Part shown: in pieces, positions 19,761 to 28,858 of the stretch
How positions within the stretch are numbered: position 1 is the stretch's first letter
Layout: each line of letters opens with the position of its first letter
Source of the DNA: an uncultured Aquificales bacterium
GTDB lineage: Bacteria; Thermosulfidibacterota; Thermosulfidibacteria; Thermosulfidibacterales; Thermosulfidibacteraceae
Assembly: GCA_964453345.1 (NCBI GenBank)
Contig: CAYVOC010000001.1
Location: 1 to 64,000, forward strand
Direction: 5' to 3'
Length of the DNA: 64,000 bases
Translations under genes and position numbers: made by a program
The notes under the pieces: model-generated
What the model was told of the DNA's origin: nothing
Database searches by the model: none
Seen by the model: the letters and a program-made list of their open reading frames with translations, nothing else

Positions 19761-21392
19761 GTGGTTATGAAGGTGGATCTTGGAAAACCCGTGGAGATAG
19801 CAGACGGGGTCTTCTGGGTGGGAGGCTATCTGCAGGGCGATATTTTCCAGTGTCATACCTATCTTGTGGTTGGATCTGATGGCGCCGTTCTCATAGATCC
19901 GGGATCTTTGTTGACCTATGAGGAGACCCTGAGGAAGATAAAGTATCTTGTTGATCTGAGCAGCATAAAGTATATCGTGTGCCATCATCAGGATCCTGAT
20001 ATAACCGCATCGCTTCCCAGGCTTCTTGAAGAGTTTACAGCCTCAAGCTCCCTTGAACTCTACCTCGTTACCCACTGGAGGACCTATTTTCTTTTAAAGC
20101 ATCTTGCCCTTCCGGTCTCCTATTACTTAGTGGATCAGCACGATTTCCGTCTGGAATTTGGAGACAGAAGCTTCCGGTTTCTCTTAACCCCCTACATGCA
20201 CTATCCGGGCAATATAGTCACCTATGAGGAGCGCTCAAGGGTTCTCTTTTCAAGCGATATATTTGGGGGATGGATGGAAGAGTGGGACCTTTTTGCGGAT
20301 GAAACCTATCCGGAGAAGATGCGGGCATACCATGAAGTGTATATGCCCTGCCGGGAGGTGGTTCTATACACCCTCGAACGGCTCAAAAGGCTTGACATTG
20401 AGGTAATAGCTCCCCAGCACGGATCAATAATAAGGGGCAGGGATCTGATCAAAAGGGCCATGGAGGCACTTGAGACCTTTGACTACGGGATCCTTGTTGA
20501 GCACCAGTCCCTTGAGGCTGTGAAGAGGGAGGTTCTGAGGAGAAGCATCCTCAGGGAAGTTGAGCGCTACTGCCTGGAGAAGATCTATCTTTCCGAGGTG
20601 GTGCCCCATGTGGTCAGGACTTTGAGAACCAGCTACAAGCTAAAGGACATCTTTGTCTGCGTGGATGGGGAAAGGGTGTGTTTCTGTTACTCCCATGGCA
20701 GGGGATACTCCTTTGAGAAGGGGGACGTGGAGGGCGAGCATGAGGTCTCCTTCACTAAGGAGTGTGAGGGGGCGAAGTGCACCGTTCACTTCGTCTTTGA
20801 GGAGGATCCGGGAGGTGTTGATAGGGACTTTTTTGAAAGCATAGCCTCTTACCTTGTGTTTGCCGCCCGTAGAGACTTGCATATAAAAAAGCTTGAGATG
20901 AGGGCTTCAGCCTATAAAAAGGCCGCCATGAGGGATCCTTTGACCGGCGCCTGCACCCGCATGGCCATAGAGGAGATAAAGAGGGGGTCTTTGGGCGTTG
21001 GTCCCGCCTGCCTCATAATGCTGGATATAGACAACTTTAAACTTGTGAACGACAGATACGGCCACTTGGCCGGCGACAGAATACTCAAGCGGCTCGGAGA
21101 GGAGGTGCAGTCCTGTTTGAGAAAGAACGATGTCTTTGTGAGATACGGAGGCGACGAGTTTGTGGTGGTGCTTTCCGGTGCCGACATGGAGGTTGCGAAA
21201 AAGGTGGCGGAGAGGATCAAAAGGAGGCTGGAGAGCATAAGGGTTAACGACCATCATTTGAGCGTGAGCATGGGGGTGGCGCAGATCAGGGACTTTTCAA
21301 TGATCGATGATGCCATAAGGCGTGCGGATGAGGCCCTGTATAGGGCCAAAAGGGCCGGCAAGTCCCGCATAGAGGTGTTTGAGGATCAGTAA
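19761..21392 (+). CDS. ODP-like di-iron MBL domain fused to GGDEF diguanylate cyclase
   Basis: IDPG, HHQDPD, HYPGN, SSDIFGG, APQHG; C-terminal DPLTG, DIDNFK..ND..GH..GD, RKND I-site, GGDEF. Confidence 0.88.
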   Translation: MVMKVDLGKPVEIADGVFWVGGYLQGDIFQCHTYLVVGSDGAVLIDPGSLLTYEETLRKIKYLVDLSSIKYIVCHHQDPDITASLPRLLEEFTASSSLELYLVTHWRTYFLLKHLALPVSYYLVDQHDFRLEFGDRSFRFLLTPYMHYPGNIVTYEERSRVLFSSDIFGGWMEEWDLFADETYPEKMRAYHEVYMPCREVVLYTLERLKRLDIEVIAPQHGSIIRGRDLIKRAMEALETFDYGILVEHQSLEAVKREVLRRSILREVERYCLEKIYLSEVVPHVVRTLRTSYKLKDIFVCVDGERVCFCYSHGRGYSFEKGDVEGEHEVSFTKECEGAKCTVHFVFEEDPGGVDRDFFESIASYLVFAARRDLHIKKLEMRASAYKKAAMRDPLTGACTRMAIEEIKRGSLGVGPACLIMLDIDNFKLVNDRYGHLAGDRILKRLGEEVQSCLRKNDVFVRYGGDEFVVVLSGADMEVAKKVAERIKRRLESIRVNDHHLSVSMGVAQIRDFSMIDDAIRRADEALYRAKRAGKSRIEVFEDQ

Positions 21393-22891
21393 ACCTTGTA
21401 GAGGCAGAGCCGCTCCTTCTGATAGGAGCAGCAGAGAATCCTTCTGTAATTTCCGTATAGGATCACCTTTTTTCTTCTCGTGTAGAAGTAGTAGGGGGTG
21501 GTGAGCGCCTCTTCCACATCTGGAATGACCCTTTTTCCCCAATACCAGTATTCGTTGGCTCGAAGGCTTCCGTAAACATACAGGGGAGCCTTGTCCACGT
21601 GGGCCTTCATCCTCTCTATGCAGTGTCTGGGCGAGTGGTATAGCCTGTCGGCTATGGGCTGGTATAGGTTGGTGTATCCCACGGCAAAAAGCGCGCAGCC
21701 TGCCACAATGGCCCTTGCGGGGTCCTTTATCAGGGCCGTTGTCAGAACGAGTATTAGGGATGCCGCTATCATCAGAAGGGGCCACCTTATGTCGGAGGAG
21801 TGTTTGGCGAAGGCGAAGGCAGCCGCCATTCCCGTGGTCGCTGCAACTGCAAGGGCCAGTCTTCTGCAGACCTCAAGAACGCTTTTTTTGGCCTTTAAAA
21901 GCCCGTAGCCTGCGATGACCGACGCCGCAGGATATAGGGGGAGTATGTAGGAGGATCTTTTGGTGTCCGCTACCGAAAAGAGTATGAAGACCGTGCAGAA
22001 CCAGACAATATACAGGGATATGGGGGTGCGGCTGTATCTTTTGATGGCGTATGCGGCGGCGGGTATCAGAACCGCCGGCATTACGAAGTGGGCGGGAAAG
22101 TTCAGAATGTAGAAGAAGGTATTTGTCTTCCATGAGGGGTTGTGGAAGGCCCTTTGGAGGTTTGATCTCAGTATGAACTCCCTCCAGAAGGCGGGACCCG
22201 CTGCCAGGGGCCAAAGAAGAATTACAACCATCATCAGTATGAATCCGATGGCTATTCCCTTCTTCAGAGCAGCTATCCCTTCCCTTTCGGATATCATCCA
22301 CAGGAGAAGGACCGCGAAGGGTATCACCACGCCCACCGGCCCCTTTGTCATGAAGCCCAGTCCCGCCGATAGAAAGGAGAGTATGCAAAAACATGTGCTT
22401 TTTTTCCTTACCGCCGCCACCCCCGCCGCTATGGAGGAGGTTATGAAGAACAGCAGCACCATGTCGGTGATGGCGAACCTTGCGTGCCTAACAAAGAGGT
22501 AGGATGTGGAGAGAAGCAGGGTGCTGATCAGGGCAAGATCCTCCCTCTGGGTATCGTATTTAACCAGCAGAAACAGAATTATGAGTGTTCCCACGGCTGC
22601 TAAAAAGGAGGGAAGCCTTGCGGAAAATTCGTTTACCCTTCCCTTGTTTACGAGGATGGAGGATGCGGCCACCAGCCACACCATGAGGGGAGGCTTCTGT
22701 ATCCTCGGCCCGCCGTTGTATTCCGGGATGAGCCATTTGCCGTGCTCTATGGCGTTTCTGGCGGGAACAAGATACCTTCCCTCGTCTATCTCCCAAAGGG
22801 ATACGCTTCCCATGGTGGGCAGAGCTATAATAGCGAACAGAAGAAGAACTCCTATCAGGCCAAGGATGCCCTTGTTTTTGTAATCGACCAT
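21386..22891 (-). CDS. ArnT/GT39-like (GT-C) glycosyltransferase
   Basis: EIDEGRY, QKPPLMVW, ARLPS, MTKGP, TKRSSYILPLYP. Confidence 0.85.
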   Translation of the reverse strand: MVDYKNKGILGLIGVLLLFAIIALPTMGSVSLWEIDEGRYLVPARNAIEHGKWLIPEYNGGPRIQKPPLMVWLVAASSILVNKGRVNEFSARLPSFLAAVGTLIILFLLVKYDTQREDLALISTLLLSTSYLFVRHARFAITDMVLLFFITSSIAAGVAAVRKKSTCFCILSFLSAGLGFMTKGPVGVVIPFAVLLLWMISEREGIAALKKGIAIGFILMMVVILLWPLAAGPAFWREFILRSNLQRAFHNPSWKTNTFFYILNFPAHFVMPAVLIPAAAYAIKRYSRTPISLYIVWFCTVFILFSVADTKRSSYILPLYPAASVIAGYGLLKAKKSVLEVCRRLALAVAATTGMAAAFAFAKHSSDIRWPLLMIAASLILVLTTALIKDPARAIVAGCALFAVGYTNLYQPIADRLYHSPRHCIERMKAHVDKAPLYVYGSLRANEYWYWGKRVIPDVEEALTTPYYFYTRRKKVILYGNYRRILCCSYQKERLCLYKVY

Positions 22892-22939
22892 AGCTAAATT
22901 ACCTAAAGGAACGCAACGGCTAAGTAAAGGGGTGTGATC

Positions 22940-23251
22940 ATGAGAAGGAAGGGGTTTCTTGAGAGGACGCTTCACTGTTTCTTGGGAGGGATAGCCCTTT
23001 TTGAGGAGAGGGTTTCCGAGGTTCTTGAGCAGCTTGAGGAGAAGGGAAGCAAAAAGGAGAAGGAGATACTTGCGAAGGTCTCGAGGGTTAGGGAGAGGGG
23101 GATGGCGTCAAGCCTTTCCGATGCCCTTGAGAGGCTTGCGGTTGAGCTGAACCTTCCCACCCGATCCGAGATAGAGGAGATAAAGAGCAAGCTTGACCGG
23201 ATTGAGCAGATTCTGAGGGAGAAGGATGCCGAGGGTGAAAAGGCAGACTAA
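22940..23251 (+). CDS. Phasin-like coiled-coil protein
   Basis: LGGIAL..E....L.EKG and LNLPTRSEIEEI pattern. Confidence 0.55.
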   Translation: MRRKGFLERTLHCFLGGIALFEERVSEVLEQLEEKGSKKEKEILAKVSRVRERGMASSLSDALERLAVELNLPTRSEIEEIKSKLDRIEQILREKDAEGEKAD

Positions 23252-23795
23252 GGAGACGGACATAGAGGTTGAGCTTGAGCTGACCGGCGGGGACTATCAA
23301 GTATCTGTCCCCTGCGGTTTTTTCCAGCACATGCTCGAGACCTTTGCCAGACACAGCGGCCTGTCCCTCAGGGTAAAGGCCGAGGGGGATGTTCATGTGG
23401 ATCATCACCACACCGTTGAGGATACGGGCATAGTGCTCGGAACCGCCTTGGCGGAGGCCCTGGGCGATAAGAGGGGAATTGCGCGCTTCGGCGATGCCAC
23501 GGTGCCCATGGATGAGGCCTTGGTTTCGGCGGCGGTGGATATCTCCGGCAGGGGCGGCTTTTTCCTCCACGGGGATATCCCCGGGGATAGGGTGGGGGAT
23601 ATGCCGGTTGAGCTGGTGGAGGAGTTCTTTATCGCCTTCTGCAGGACCTCCGGCGTGAACCTGCATGTGAGGGTTCTCGCCGGGAGAAACAGCCATCACA
23701 CGGTTGAGGCCCTCTTCAAGGCGGTGGCCGTGGCTTTAAAAAGGGCCCTTAAAAGAGAGGGGGATGATATACCCAGCACCAAGGGGGTTCTATGA
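23226..23795 (+). CDS. hisB: Imidazoleglycerol-phosphate dehydratase
   Basis: [36 protein letters not shown]. Confidence 0.96.
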   Translation: MPRVKRQTKETDIEVELELTGGDYQVSVPCGFFQHMLETFARHSGLSLRVKAEGDVHVDHHHTVEDTGIVLGTALAEALGDKRGIARFGDATVPMDEALVSAAVDISGRGGFFLHGDIPGDRVGDMPVELVEEFFIAFCRTSGVNLHVRVLAGRNSHHTVEALFKAVAVALKRALKREGDDIPSTKGVL

Positions 23796-24391
23796 TAGCC
23801 ATTGTTGACTACGGCAGGGGGAATCTCAGAAGCGTTCAGAAGGCCTTTGAGTATTTGGGATACCGGGCCCTTGTCACCTCCGATCCCGATGCAATACTTA
23901 AGGCGGAGAAGCTTGTCCTTCCCGGTGTGGGCGCCTTTGGCGATTGCATGGATAATCTGAAGGATCGGGGCCTTGATGTGGCGGTGAGGGAGTTTGTGGC
24001 GTCTGGAAAACCCTTTTTAGGTATATGCTTAGGGCTGCAGCTTCTTTTCACCTACAGCGAGGAGTTCGGTCCGGTTGAGGGGCTGAACCTCGTCAGGGGG
24101 AGGGTTGTCCGGTTCCCCGCGGGGTTGAAGGTGCCCCACATGGGCTGGAACCAGATAGAGATAGAGAGGCGGTGTCCCCTGCTGGAGGGTATCGGAAGCG
24201 GTGAGTATTTCTACTTTGTCCACTCCTATTATGTGGTTCCCGAGGATGACTCGGTGGTTGTTGCGAGAACGGAATACGGCGTTCCCTTTGTCTCCATGAT
24301 CAACATGGACAACATCTACGCCACCCAGTTTCACCCGGAGAAGAGCCAGAAGGCAGGTCTCAGGCTTCTCGACAACTTCGCAAGGCTTTGA
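23792..24391 (+). CDS. hisH: IGP synthase glutaminase subunit
   Basis: DYGRGN, LPGVG, GICLGLQ, PHMGWN, YFVHSY, QFHPEKS. Confidence 0.96.
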   Translation: MIAIVDYGRGNLRSVQKAFEYLGYRALVTSDPDAILKAEKLVLPGVGAFGDCMDNLKDRGLDVAVREFVASGKPFLGICLGLQLLFTYSEEFGPVEGLNLVRGRVVRFPAGLKVPHMGWNQIEIERRCPLLEGIGSGEYFYFVHSYYVVPEDDSVVVARTEYGVPFVSMINMDNIYATQFHPEKSQKAGLRLLDNFARL

Positions 24392-24397
24392 GGTGTA

Positions 24398-25555
24398 ATG
24401 CTTGTCAAGACCGCCTACGATACCTACAGAAAGCTGACCCTTTTAGGGGTTCACTCCCGCTTTGATGTCTGCTCCCTCTGGGAGGATTATGAGGCGAATC
24501 TGGTTATTCCCGGGGTGTATCATGCTAAAACCTCAAGGGGTTCCGTTCCCATCCTGAAGGTGCTCTTCACAAACCACTGTGAGAGAAACTGCAACTACTG
24601 CGCCAACAGAAGGGACAGGGATGTTGAGGAGAGGATCTCCTTTGGGGTTGAGGAGCTGGTCCGTCTAACCCTTGATCTGTATCGTAAAGGCTACATAAGG
24701 GGGATATTCCTCTCCTCGGGAACGGGCGCCTCCAGCCTTGAGACCTTTGAGAGGATGGGGGAGGTGGCAAGAAGGCTCCGCAGGAGGGGCTTTTGCGGAT
24801 ACATACACCTGAAGGTGCTGCCGGGGGTTCCCTTGGAGCTTGCAAGATCCTTTGCCCCCTTTGTCAACAGGTTCTCCTATAATCTTGAGGCTCCGAGTCC
24901 CGATCTTCTGAGGGTGTTGAGCGCGGACAAGAGCTTCTCCTACGGTATAGGGTTGCTTTCCGCCCTTGGGGGAACCACCCAGTTTGTGGTTGACTACGGC
25001 TCTGACGGGGATGGGGATTATCTCAGGATGGTCCGATGCTTATACGAGAGGGGCATCAAGAGGGTCTACTTCAAGGCCTTCGTCCCCATAAAGGAGACGC
25101 CCATGGAGGGGATGCCGCCCGGCAGCAGGCTGAGGGAGCATAGATTGTATCAGGCTTCCTTTCTGATCAGGGATTACGGCTTTTCGCCGGAGGATCTGCT
25201 TTTTGAAGGGAGGCTGCCCTTGGGCGTTGATCCCAAAACCTTCTGGGCTGAAAGGCACCCCGAGTTCTTCCCGGTTGATCTGGCGAGGGCGGATTACAGG
25301 TCCCTTTTGAGGGTGCCCGGAATCGGGCCGAAGACAGCCCGCAAAATAATAAGGCTGAGATCTTCTGGTGAGCTTGGGGCCGATGGGCTTTTGAAACTTC
25401 TGCCGAAAAGGGCTATACCCTATGTGATCTACAGAGGAAGGAGGATTCTGGGCCATGGTGATACACTCCGAGTGTTACCCCTGTTTTCTGAGGCAGGTCC
25501 TCTCCACCTGCAGGATTCTGAAGGTGGAAGAGAAAGAGGCGAAGGGCATCCTTAA
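24398..25555 (+). CDS. Putative DNA modification/repair radical SAM protein with HhH (TIGR03916-like)
   Basis: ILKVLFTNHCERNCNYC, GIFLSSG, GYIHLK, REHRLYQA, LLRVPGIGPKTA (HhH). Confidence 0.82.
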   Translation: MLVKTAYDTYRKLTLLGVHSRFDVCSLWEDYEANLVIPGVYHAKTSRGSVPILKVLFTNHCERNCNYCANRRDRDVEERISFGVEELVRLTLDLYRKGYIRGIFLSSGTGASSLETFERMGEVARRLRRRGFCGYIHLKVLPGVPLELARSFAPFVNRFSYNLEAPSPDLLRVLSADKSFSYGIGLLSALGGTTQFVVDYGSDGDGDYLRMVRCLYERGIKRVYFKAFVPIKETPMEGMPPGSRLREHRLYQASFLIRDYGFSPEDLLFEGRLPLGVDPKTFWAERHPEFFPVDLARADYRSLLRVPGIGPKTARKIIRLRSSGELGADGLLKLLPKRAIPYVIYRGRRILGHGDTLRVLPLFSEAGPLHLQDSEGGRERGEGHP

Positions 25556-26327
25556 AAAGGTGATGTCCTTTTTGAGCACCGCCCCCGACCATTTTCCTCC
25601 TCCCTACCTTTCGAGGGATGTTTACGGGATAATCGCCCGCCATGTGGGCGTGGAGGACCCCTACAGGGAGATAAAGAGAGAGTCCAACCGGATGGCCCTC
25701 AAGCTTCTGCCTGAGTTGAGAAAGCTTGTCTCTCAGGCCGAGGACCCCCTCTTTGAGGCGGTGAGGGTGGCCATTGTGGGCAACATAATAGATTTCGGTG
25801 CATCCCAGAGCTTCACCTTAGAGGATCTCTCCTCCTTTGGCAGGATTCCCATTGCGGTAAACCACTATCCGGATCTCAAAGAGGAGCTGGAGAAGGCAAG
25901 GGTGGTGCTCTACATAGGCGATAATGCCGGCGAGGTGGTCTTTGACAGGGTTCTGGTTGAGCAGCTGGTTGAGAGGGGCAAGAAGGTCTATTTCGCCGTG
26001 AGATCCAGGCCCATCATAAACGACGCCACCTTGGAGGACGCCCTTGAGGCCGGGCTGGACGCCCTCGCCGAGATCGTTGACACAGGTTCCGATGCTCCCG
26101 GCATTGTTCTGGAGAAGGCAACCGAAAGGTTCAAACACCTCTTCAGAGATGCCCACGTGGTCATAAGCAAGGGGCAGGGCAACTTTGAGACCTTAGAGGA
26201 TGTTCCCAGAAGGGTTTACTTCCTTTTGAGGGCCAAGTGTCCCGTGGTTGCCTCCAAACTTTCCGCCAACATTGGGGATATTGTTATCTACAAGGGAGGA
26301 AGAGAATGCAGTGGCCTTCTCTTGTAG
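25455..26327 (+). CDS. DUF89/ARMT1-like damage-control phosphatase
   Basis: ECYPCFLRQ, GNIIDFG, DNAGE, IINDAT, KGQGNFE, AKC. Confidence 0.88.
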   Translation: MVIHSECYPCFLRQVLSTCRILKVEEKEAKGILKKVMSFLSTAPDHFPPPYLSRDVYGIIARHVGVEDPYREIKRESNRMALKLLPELRKLVSQAEDPLFEAVRVAIVGNIIDFGASQSFTLEDLSSFGRIPIAVNHYPDLKEELEKARVVLYIGDNAGEVVFDRVLVEQLVERGKKVYFAVRSRPIINDATLEDALEAGLDALAEIVDTGSDAPGIVLEKATERFKHLFRDAHVVISKGQGNFETLEDVPRRVYFLLRAKCPVVASKLSANIGDIVIYKGGRECSGLLL

Positions 26328-27379
26328 TGGGCGAGCTTGAGATACCCACGCCCATCGTGCAGGGTGGAATGGGGGTTGGAATCTCTTTAAGTTCTCTTGC
26401 GTCTGCTGTGAGCAATGCCGGCGGTCTGGGGGTTATAGCGGCCGCTGCCATAGGCCTTGAGCTGGGGGAGGAGGCTGTAAGGGATCTGGCCGAGGCCGAT
26501 GAGATAGTGTTGCGCAGGGAGATAAGAAGGGCCAAGGAGCTTGCCCCCGGCAGGCCCATAGGCGTCAACATAATGGTGGCGGTGACGAGATACGAGGAGA
26601 AGGTGAGGGTTGCCGTTGAGGAGGGGGTCGATGTGATAATATCCGGTGCGGGGCTGCCTCTTACCCTTCCCGAAGTGACGGAGGGCGAGAGTGTGCAGCT
26701 CTGGCCCATAGTCTCCTCTGCCAGGGCGGCTGAGGTCATACTCAAAAGGTGGTGGAGCAGGTATAAAAGGCTTCCCGACGCCTTCGTCCTTGAGGGACCC
26801 CTTGCGGGAGGGCATCTGGGCTTTTCGGAGGAGGATCTGCGCGAACCCCCGGATCTCTTCTCCATCCTCCATGATCTGCTCCATGTGTGTGAGAAGTGGA
26901 GGGTGAAGGTCGGATACAGGATACCGGTTATCGTTGCCGGCGGTGTTTACCGGGGCTGGGAGGTGAAGAGGGCCTTAGAGGCTGGGGCGGCCGGGGTTCA
27001 GATGGCTACAAGATTTGTGGCAACCTGTGAGTGCGATGCCCATGAAAACTTCAAGAGGTTGTATGTGAAGGCTGACAGAGACGATGTGATCATCATAAAG
27101 AGTCCCGTGGGGATGCCTGCAAGGGCCCTGAGGACCCCCTTTGTTGAGAGGATGCTGAGGGGAGAGACGGTTCCCTTCACCTGTCCCTACAACTGCCTCA
27201 AGCCCTGTAATCCAAGAAAGGTCCCCTACTGCATAGCCTTGGCCCTTATAAGGGCGAAGAGGGGGGACCTTGAGAATGGGCTTTTCTTCTGCGGCGAACG
27301 GGTCTATGAGGTGGATGGTATATATCCGGTAGCTGAAGTCTTTTCCCAGCTGGAGAGGGAGTATGCCGAAGGCGTATAG
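26306..27379 (+). CDS. Nitronate monooxygenase/FabK-FabX-like FMN oxidoreductase with C-terminal Cys cluster
   Basis: PIVQGGMGVG, GAGLP, EGPLAGGHLG, VQMATRF, SPVGMP, CPYNCLKPC...YC. Confidence 0.85.
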   Translation: MQWPSLVVGELEIPTPIVQGGMGVGISLSSLASAVSNAGGLGVIAAAAIGLELGEEAVRDLAEADEIVLRREIRRAKELAPGRPIGVNIMVAVTRYEEKVRVAVEEGVDVIISGAGLPLTLPEVTEGESVQLWPIVSSARAAEVILKRWWSRYKRLPDAFVLEGPLAGGHLGFSEEDLREPPDLFSILHDLLHVCEKWRVKVGYRIPVIVAGGVYRGWEVKRALEAGAAGVQMATRFVATCECDAHENFKRLYVKADRDDVIIIKSPVGMPARALRTPFVERMLRGETVPFTCPYNCLKPCNPRKVPYCIALALIRAKRGDLENGLFFCGERVYEVDGIYPVAEVFSQLEREYAEGV

Positions 27380-28295
27380 ATACATCTTTGGTCCCGTGCC
27401 TTCCAGAAGGCTGGGGCTGTCGGTGGGTGTCGATCTTGTTGTCCCCAAGGTCTGCACCTTTGACTGCGTTTACTGTGAGTGCGGCAGAACAACTGTGCAT
27501 ACGGACAAAAGAGGCGAGTATGTTCCCTACGAAGAGGTGATGAGGGAGCTTGAGTCCTTTCTCGCTGAGGGCATCCCCTTTCACTACATCACCTTTTCCG
27601 GCTGTGGTGAGCCGACCCTCAATGTGCGCATGGGCGATATAGCCCGCTGGATAAAGGAGCATGTGGAAAGGCCCTTAGCTCTGCTCACCAACTCTTCCCT
27701 TTTCACCCTTGATGAGGTGAGGGAGGCTGCGGGCTTGTGCGATCTGGTTTTGCCCTCCCTTGATGCCGTATCCGAGGAGGTGTTTAAGAGAATAAACAGG
27801 CCCTGCTGCGGCATAAGGGCCTCCGATGTTGTGGAGGCGCTGAGGCTCTTTCGCAGGGAGCATCCTCAGGTGAAAATGGCCTTGGAGATCCTTTTCGTCA
27901 AAGGCTACAACGATTCCTTAGATGAGCTAAAGCTTTTGAAAAGGGCTGTGGATTACATAGATCCCCATGAGGTGCACCTGAACACCGTGGACAGGCCCCC
28001 GGCCGAGGATGTGGAGCCGGTGTCGGAGGATTTCCTTGTGCGCGTTAGGGATCTTTTCGGGGAAAGGGCGAAGGTTGTGGGCTTTGAGTCTTATTCTGTG
28101 GCCATAAGGGAGGAGAGGCTGAGGGAGGCCATTGTGGGTGTGGTTTCGAGAAGACCCTTGAGGGTAGGTGATATAGCAAGGCTTTTGGGCGAGGATGTGA
28201 GAAGGGTCTCCAAGGTGGTTGAGTCCATGAAGAGGGAGGGGCTTCTTAGGGAGGAGAGATTCAAGGGGGAGGTGTTTTTCAGATGCGCAGGTTGA
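27363..28295 (+). CDS. Radical SAM protein (COG0731-like) with C-terminal wHTH-like tail
   Basis: FGPVPSRRLG, CTFDCVYC, GEPTL, LNTVDRPP. Confidence 0.82.
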   Translation: MPKAYRYIFGPVPSRRLGLSVGVDLVVPKVCTFDCVYCECGRTTVHTDKRGEYVPYEEVMRELESFLAEGIPFHYITFSGCGEPTLNVRMGDIARWIKEHVERPLALLTNSSLFTLDEVREAAGLCDLVLPSLDAVSEEVFKRINRPCCGIRASDVVEALRLFRREHPQVKMALEILFVKGYNDSLDELKLLKRAVDYIDPHEVHLNTVDRPPAEDVEPVSEDFLVRVRDLFGERAKVVGFESYSVAIREERLREAIVGVVSRRPLRVGDIARLLGEDVRRVSKVVESMKREGLLREERFKGEVFFRCAG

Positions 28296-28858
28296 CGGTG
28301 TTGGTGCTTGTGGTGGTGCTCTCTTTGCCCTCTTTTGCCGCTGTGAAGAAGAGCGTGCTCATGATAATAGCGCCTGAGAACTTCAGGGATGAGGAGCTTT
28401 TTGTGACAAAAGGCGTCCTTGAGGGGTGCGGGGCCAGGGTGGTTGTGGTCTCAAGCGAGAGGGGAACCGCAAGGGGGATGCTGGGGGGCACCTATCGCGT
28501 TGAGAAGACATACAGGGATGTGAACTGGGAGAATTTTGACGCGGTTGTTCTTGTGGGGGGATCCGGGGCGGTTGTCTTCTGGAAGGACGAGACGCTGAAG
28601 GGCCTTTTGAGGGAGGCCTACAGGAATGGAAAGATTGTTGCGGCCATCTGCCTTTCCCCGGTTACCCTTGCTCAGGCGGGAATACTTAAGGGGCGGAAGG
28701 CCACCTGCTGGCCCTCTGTGGGCAGGATGCTCTCCAAATACGGAGCCATCTACACCGGAAGGGATGTGGTTGTATCTGGCAGGGTGGTGACCGCAGCGGG
28801 TCCCTTTGCGGCGAGAAGCTTCGGTAGAGCCATCTGTGAGCTTCTGGGATACAGGTGA
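28283..28858 (+). CDS. DJ-1/PfpI family protein with signal peptide
   Basis: FRDEE, LVGGSG, AAICLSP, GRKAT, VVTAAGP; N-terminal signal. Confidence 0.85.
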   Translation: MRRLTVLVLVVVLSLPSFAAVKKSVLMIIAPENFRDEELFVTKGVLEGCGARVVVVSSERGTARGMLGGTYRVEKTYRDVNWENFDAVVLVGGSGAVVFWKDETLKGLLREAYRNGKIVAAICLSPVTLAQAGILKGRKATCWPSVGRMLSKYGAIYTGRDVVVSGRVVTAAGPFAARSFGRAICELLGYR

